A DNA stretch of 64,000 bases, from assembly GCA_038231775.1 (NCBI GenBank), contig JBBRKS010000001.1:22938-86937 (forward strand), given 5' to 3'. The notes below the pieces were generated by a model. The model saw nothing but the letters and a program-made list of their open reading frames with translations, was not told the DNA's origin and made no database searches. Below, in pieces: positions 59,579-64,000 of this stretch. The stretch is from Rhodobacterales bacterium. GTDB taxonomy: Bacteria; Pseudomonadota; Alphaproteobacteria; Rhodobacterales; Rhodobacteraceae. Each line of letters begins with the position of its first letter. Position 1 is the first letter of the stretch. Both the position numbers and the translations under genes were made by a program.

Positions 59579-60784
59579 ATGCCGATTGACGACATCCCCC
59601 TGCCCCGCACCCCCGCGCTTTGGAACTTCGCCGTCCTGACCGGACTGGAGGCTTGCGTCCGAGGCTCGCTTATTTCCGTCATGCCGCTGGTCGTGCATGA
59701 CGCGATGGGGTCGACGGTCGGGTCTTCCAAGGCCTATTTCATCGTCGGACTGATCTCGATGACATGGGGCCTTATGGTGCCTTGGTTCACCCGGTTTGTG
59801 CCACGGCGCTGGATGTATACCGGCGGCTGCCTGCTGTATTTTGTGGGCATGGCGCTGGCGTTTGTCGGAACGCCCTTGTCGGTGACCCTGTCGCTGATGG
59901 CCAATGCTATGGCGACGGCCACCACGTTTGTGTGCTTCAACGCCTATGTGCTGGATTATGTCGACCGCGAGAATCTGGGCCGCAGCCAAAGCCTGCAGAT
60001 GTTCTTTGCCGCCACACCCTGGGCCGTCGGGCCGATACTGGGCGTCTGGCTGCATTCGATCTGGCGGCCCGCACCCTTCCTGATGGCTGGAACCTTTGCC
60101 TTCGCGCTGATGGTGATGTTCTGGTACTTGCGGCTTGGCAACGGCAAGGCGATCATCCGCGCCAAAGGTCCGGCGATCAACCCGCTGGCCTATCTTGGCC
60201 GCTTTTTCGCGCAGCCAAGGTTGATTGCGGGCTGGGCCTTTGCGGTCATCCGGTCCACCGGCTGGTGGGTTTATGTCGTCTACCTGCCGTATTTCTGTAT
60301 CGAACAGGGTCTGGGCAAGAATGTCGGCGGCACTGCCCTATCAATCTCGAACGCGCTGTTGTTCCTTGCGCCAACCCTGTTGAAATTCGCCCGCCGGTCT
60401 TCGGTGCGCATTTCGGTGCGCCGGGCGTTTACGGTCTGTGGCGGATTGTTTTTGCTGGCAAGCCTTGTGGCACCGTGGCCATGGCTGACCGTGGTGGCGT
60501 TGATGATGGCCTCTACCATGCTGGTGACGCTGGACGTGATCGGCGGGTTGCCGTTCCTGATGTCGGTCAAACCGTCCGAACGGACCGAGATGTCGGCGAT
60601 CTATTCCAGCTTTCGCGATGTGTCATCGGTCGTGACACCGGGCATGGCATGGGCGGTGCTGGCCATCGCCCCGACCGCCGCCATCTTCACCGCCACCGGG
60701 GCGCTGATGGGGCTGGCCTTCACCGTCGCAGGCAAGCTGCATCCGCGTCTGGGCACACCGCGCCCGTCACGCGCCCGCGCCTGA
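59579..60784 (+). CDS. MFS transporter
   Basis: About 12 TM helices. Confidence 0.85.
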   Translation: MPIDDIPLPRTPALWNFAVLTGLEACVRGSLISVMPLVVHDAMGSTVGSSKAYFIVGLISMTWGLMVPWFTRFVPRRWMYTGGCLLYFVGMALAFVGTPLSVTLSLMANAMATATTFVCFNAYVLDYVDRENLGRSQSLQMFFAATPWAVGPILGVWLHSIWRPAPFLMAGTFAFALMVMFWYLRLGNGKAIIRAKGPAINPLAYLGRFFAQPRLIAGWAFAVIRSTGWWVYVVYLPYFCIEQGLGKNVGGTALSISNALLFLAPTLLKFARRSSVRISVRRAFTVCGGLFLLASLVAPWPWLTVVALMMASTMLVTLDVIGGLPFLMSVKPSERTEMSAIYSSFRDVSSVVTPGMAWAVLAIAPTAAIFTATGALMGLAFTVAGKLHPRLGTPRPSRARA

Positions 60785-60840
60785 TCCCATTCATCCAGGT
60801 TCAAATAGTCCGGGGTCCAGGGCTGGCCCCGGGGGTGGTC
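60784..60840. repeat. Dispersed intergenic repeat with CCGGGG/CCCCGG hairpin
   Basis: 24 bp identical to 34977-35000. Confidence 0.85.
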
Positions 60841-60846
60841 AACCGC

Positions 60847-61650
60847 CTAAGGCCGAAAGAATTTGCCCGCCGGAGACAGCGTGAAAATCTCGCACCCCGT
60901 GGCCGTCACCCCGACCGAGTGTTCGTACTGCGCTGACAGGCTTTTGTCGCGCGTCACCGCTGTCCAGTCATCGGCCAGCACCTTGGTTTCGGGACGACCA
61001 AGGTTGACCATCGGTTCAATGGTAAAGAACATGCCCTCTTCCAGCACAGCCCCTGTGCCCGGACGGCCATAGTGCAGCACATTCGGCGACGCGTGAAACA
61101 CCCGGCCCAGACCGTGGCCACAGAAATCGCGCACCACCGACATGCGGTTCGCCTCGACAAATTTCTGGATGGCGTGGCCGATATCGCCAAAGGTGTTGCC
61201 CGGCTTGACGGCGGCAATCCCGGCCATCAGGCCTTCATGTGTCACCTCGATCAGCCGTTCCGCCTTGCGGTTGACTGGCCCTGCGCCGTACATCCGGCTG
61301 GTGTCGCCAAACCAGCCGTCCACGATCACCGTCACGTCGATGTTCAGGATATCGCCCTCAACCAGCTTTTTCGCCCCCGGAATCCCGTGGCAGACCACAT
61401 GGTTGACCGAGATGCAGGACGCGTGCTGATAGCCCTTGTAGCCGATTGTGGCCGAGGTGACGCCGTGCCGGGCCACCTCGGACCGGATGAAATCGTCAAG
61501 CTCGGCGGTCGTGACGCCGGGCTGGACCAAGGCCCCCACGTCGTCCAGAATGGTGGCTGCGATGCGACCCGCCGCCCGCATGCCTGCAAAATCCGCATCC
61601 TCATAGGTGCGAATGCCATCTTTGGTGATGCGACCGCGCATTTCGTCCAA
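60847..61650 (-). CDS. map: Methionine aminopeptidase type I
   Basis: CISVNHVVCHGIP, GDTSRM, CGHG, TIEPM, QYEHS; TTG start inferred. Confidence 0.97.
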   Translation of the reverse strand: MDEMRGRITKDGIRTYEDADFAGMRAAGRIAATILDDVGALVQPGVTTAELDDFIRSEVARHGVTSATIGYKGYQHASCISVNHVVCHGIPGAKKLVEGDILNIDVTVIVDGWFGDTSRMYGAGPVNRKAERLIEVTHEGLMAGIAAVKPGNTFGDIGHAIQKFVEANRMSVVRDFCGHGLGRVFHASPNVLHYGRPGTGAVLEEGMFFTIEPMVNLGRPETKVLADDWTAVTRDKSLSAQYEHSVGVTATGCEIFTLSPAGKFFRP

Positions 61651-61698
61651 CTGTCCGACCCTTTTGCCTTTATCCACTAGATAAGAGAAACCTGCGCC

Positions 61699-61727
61699 CT
61701 TGGCCAGAGGGTGCAAGGCCCCTATAC
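61699..61727 (+). promoter_or_regulatory. Putative RpoH1-type promoter
   Basis: CTTG-N18-CCTATAC. Confidence 0.5.
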
Positions 61728-61755
61728 CCGCCTTGCAACGCAAGAGGAGCGCGCA

Positions 61756-62475
61756 ATGACCAATCAGACCGCCGCAATGCTGGTGATCGGCGATGAAATC
61801 CTGTCAGGCCGCACGCGCGACAGCAACATGCACCATCTGGCAATGGCGCTGACCGAACACGGACTGGCCCTGACAGAGGCGCGGGTGGTGGCCGATGATC
61901 ACGCCGCCATCGTGGCGGGGGTGAATGCGCTGCGGGCTGCCTATGACCACGTTTTCACCTCTGGCGGCATAGGGCCTACGCATGACGACATCACCGCCGA
62001 CGCCATCGCTGCGGCATTCGGTGTGGCCATCACCCACCGCGCCGATGCCATGGCTTTGCTGCAAGCCAACTACGACCGCCAGTCCCTGCCGTTCAACGAG
62101 GCGCGCCAGCGCATGGCCCGCATTCCCGACGGAGCCACGCTGATCGACAACCCGGTTTCCATCGCGCCCGGCTTTACCTTGGGCAATGTCCATGTGATGG
62201 CTGGCGTGCCCCGGATCTTCGAGGCGATGCTGGCAGGCGTGTTGTCCGGCATCGCGCATGGTCAGCCCCTGTTGTCGCGCAGCCTGCGCCTGCTCAAGGG
62301 TGAGGGTGAGATTGCCACCGCCTTTGCCGACTTCGCCGCCCTGTATCCCGACCTGTCGATGGGGTCGTATCCCTTCAGCACCAACGGCGTTTTTGGCACC
62401 AATCTGGTGATCCGCGGCACCGACGCCACCCGGCTTGACGCGGCCATGACGGCACTTGAAACGCTGTTGGCATGA
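61756..62475 (+). CDS. CinA-like molybdopterin-binding protein
   Basis: IGDEILSG, SGGIGPTHDDIT, MAGVP. Confidence 0.92.
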   Translation: MTNQTAAMLVIGDEILSGRTRDSNMHHLAMALTEHGLALTEARVVADDHAAIVAGVNALRAAYDHVFTSGGIGPTHDDITADAIAAAFGVAITHRADAMALLQANYDRQSLPFNEARQRMARIPDGATLIDNPVSIAPGFTLGNVHVMAGVPRIFEAMLAGVLSGIAHGQPLLSRSLRLLKGEGEIATAFADFAALYPDLSMGSYPFSTNGVFGTNLVIRGTDATRLDAAMTALETLLA

Positions 62476-63239
62476 CCTCGACCGAGTCTGCCGCCCAGCC
62501 TGCCGCAGGCTTTGCCGCCCAGACTGCTGCCATGTCTGCTGCCGACTTCGCCGCCGCGATGGAGGCGACCTGGCCCCCACTTGCCCTGCACCGTGCTGGC
62601 CCATGGGCGATCCGTGACGGTGCAGGCGGCGGCAAGCGCGTCAGTGCTGCCTCAGCCGAGGGCGATTGGCGCCCGGAAGACATCCAGACAGCCGAGGCCG
62701 CCCAAGCCGCACTGGGACAAGACCGCCTCTTCGTGATCTGGCCTTGGGATGCCCGGTTGGATACAGACCTTGCGGCCCAAGGCTACGCCAAGATTGACCC
62801 GGTGATAGGCTATGCCGCCCCGGTCACGGCCTTTGCGCCGCCAGCCCGGATGACGACCTTCCCGCATTGGCCGCCCATGCAGATCACCCGCGACATCTGG
62901 GCCGAAGCGCATATCGGCCCGGCCCGCGTCGCCGTGATGGGCCGTGCCTTAGGCCGCAAAACCGCGATCTTAAGCCGCACCGACGACCATCCCTCGGGTG
63001 CTGCCTTTGTCGCCCTGCACGGCACCACCGCACTGATCCACGCGGTCGAGGTGCGCCCCGCCCTGCGCCGAAAGGGCGCTGCCCGGCAAATCCTGTGCGC
63101 CGCTGCCCAATGGGCAGGCGAACAGGGCGCGGATCGGCTGGCTTTGGCCGTGACAGAGGCGAACACGGGGGCCCGCGCCCTCTATGCTTCCCTTGGGATG
63201 CAGCCTGTGGGACAGTATCATTATCGACATAAAGAATAG
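62472..63239 (+). CDS. GNAT acetyltransferase
   Basis: GGGKRVSAA, RRKGAA, NTGARALYASLG. Confidence 0.9.
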   Translation: MTSTESAAQPAAGFAAQTAAMSAADFAAAMEATWPPLALHRAGPWAIRDGAGGGKRVSAASAEGDWRPEDIQTAEAAQAALGQDRLFVIWPWDARLDTDLAAQGYAKIDPVIGYAAPVTAFAPPARMTTFPHWPPMQITRDIWAEAHIGPARVAVMGRALGRKTAILSRTDDHPSGAAFVALHGTTALIHAVEVRPALRRKGAARQILCAAAQWAGEQGADRLALAVTEANTGARALYASLGMQPVGQYHYRHKE

Positions 63240-63258
63240 CGCCACCACAGGCACAGCA

Positions 63259-64000
63259 GTGATCAGACACTTTCCTTCCGCCTGCGCTTTGGGCCGCGAC
63301 GCCCGCAGTCTGGCTTGGTATGCCCGCGCTTTGGGTCAGTGCGGCTGCATTTTGGGCCGCAATGGTTCTGCTATGGACCAGCGCGCGTTCGCTTTGGGTA
63401 AGTATGCCCAAGCGTTAGGCATTTGCGTTGCCTTCACCGCCGGCCTTGTCATGCCTGCCAGTGCAGCGCCGCTGTTGGATATGCCAGCCCCGGCCACGGT
63501 GATCGGCGGCTGGGCTGAAAGCCCGTCAACCTTGCGGCTGCCGATCGGGCCATTTGTGGCGGGGGTCATGCCCTTGCAAGAGGCGGCAGGGGCGGTCGAC
63601 CAACGCGCCTACCGGATGGACAATCAGCGCCTGACGACCCTGCAACTGATCACGCCCCTTTTGGCCCAGCTGGACCACGCGGGCTACAAGACGATTTACC
63701 AGTGCGAAACCTCGGCCTGTGGCGGCTTTGATTTCCGCTACGGCATGGACGTGCTTCCCGAACCGCAGATGCATGTCGATCTGGGCGATTTTCGCTATGT
63801 GGCGGCAATGCGTCCGGGCACAAACGGCACGGAATTGCTGGCCCTTTTGGTCAGCCGGTCCGCCGATCAGGGCTTTGTCCAGATTACCGCGATCACGCCC
63901 TTGTCCGCAGCGGCAGCCGCCATCGCGCCACCGCCAACCCGAAAACCTTTGATCCAGACGGGGACTGACCTCGCTTTGCCTGACCCGGCGGTTGCCGATC
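63259..64000 (+). CDS. OmpA-family protein, 3' end outside the window (absent from the ORF track)
   Basis: Frame 1 open to the window end: LRLPIGPF...TTLQLITPL...CETSACGGFDFRY...VDLGDFRY. Start is GTG 63259 or ATG 63373. Confidence 0.85.
   Translation, partial: MIRHFPSACALGRDARSLAWYARALGQCGCILGRNGSAMDQRAFALGKYAQALGICVAFTAGLVMPASAAPLLDMPAPATVIGGWAESPSTLRLPIGPFVAGVMPLQEAAGAVDQRAYRMDNQRLTTLQLITPLLAQLDHAGYKTIYQCETSACGGFDFRYGMDVLPEPQMHVDLGDFRYVAAMRPGTNGTELLALLVSRSADQGFVQITAITPLSAAAAAIAPPPTRKPLIQTGTDLALPDPAVAD
63286..63432. repeat. Degenerate 21-bp tandem repeat x7
   Basis: Encodes ALGRDAR SLAWYAR ALGQCGC ILGRNGS AMDQRAF ALGKYAQ ALGICVA. Confidence 0.7.

Noticed and set aside
62472-62560. AAQ-type repeats at the GNAT N-terminus
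   Set aside because: Low-complexity Ala-rich sequence with only a 9-bp exact duplication.

Overview
GC-rich alphaproteobacterial chromosome, Rhodobacteraceae/Paracoccaceae by gene content and synteny. 1-8.3 kb is accessory DNA: an unknown cargo ORF, the decayed right half of a Mu-like prophage, a truncated IS5 and a PAP2 phosphatase. In the prophage the Dam-like methylase and one tail-fibre gene are intact; the protease gene has a nonsense codon, a head-decoration gene is fused by deletion to the tail-tip gene, and another tail gene is double-frameshifted. The rest is mostly core genome: xth, MFS, OmpR-type regulator with a SorX-like 3'UTR sRNA, ribA, amylosucrase, yggS, porin, leuS-lptE-holA, an atypical class III cyclase, a polyamine-type ABC operon, DUF1800/DUF1501, a five-gene glycosylation cluster, rnhA/ispH, the folK-rpoZ-spoT-pdxJ-acpS-lepB-rnc-era-recO superoperon, map, and a partial OmpA gene. 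The most unusual feature is inside the ABC operon: five 19-bp palindromes at an exact 36-bp period with 17-nt variable linkers. They lie in a 253-bp segment bounded by two ATGA start/stop overlaps, forming an 86-codon repeat ORF that bridges the ATPase and permease genes. No cas, tas or transposase gene is adjacent. Family names come from motif recognition only; no database searches were run.
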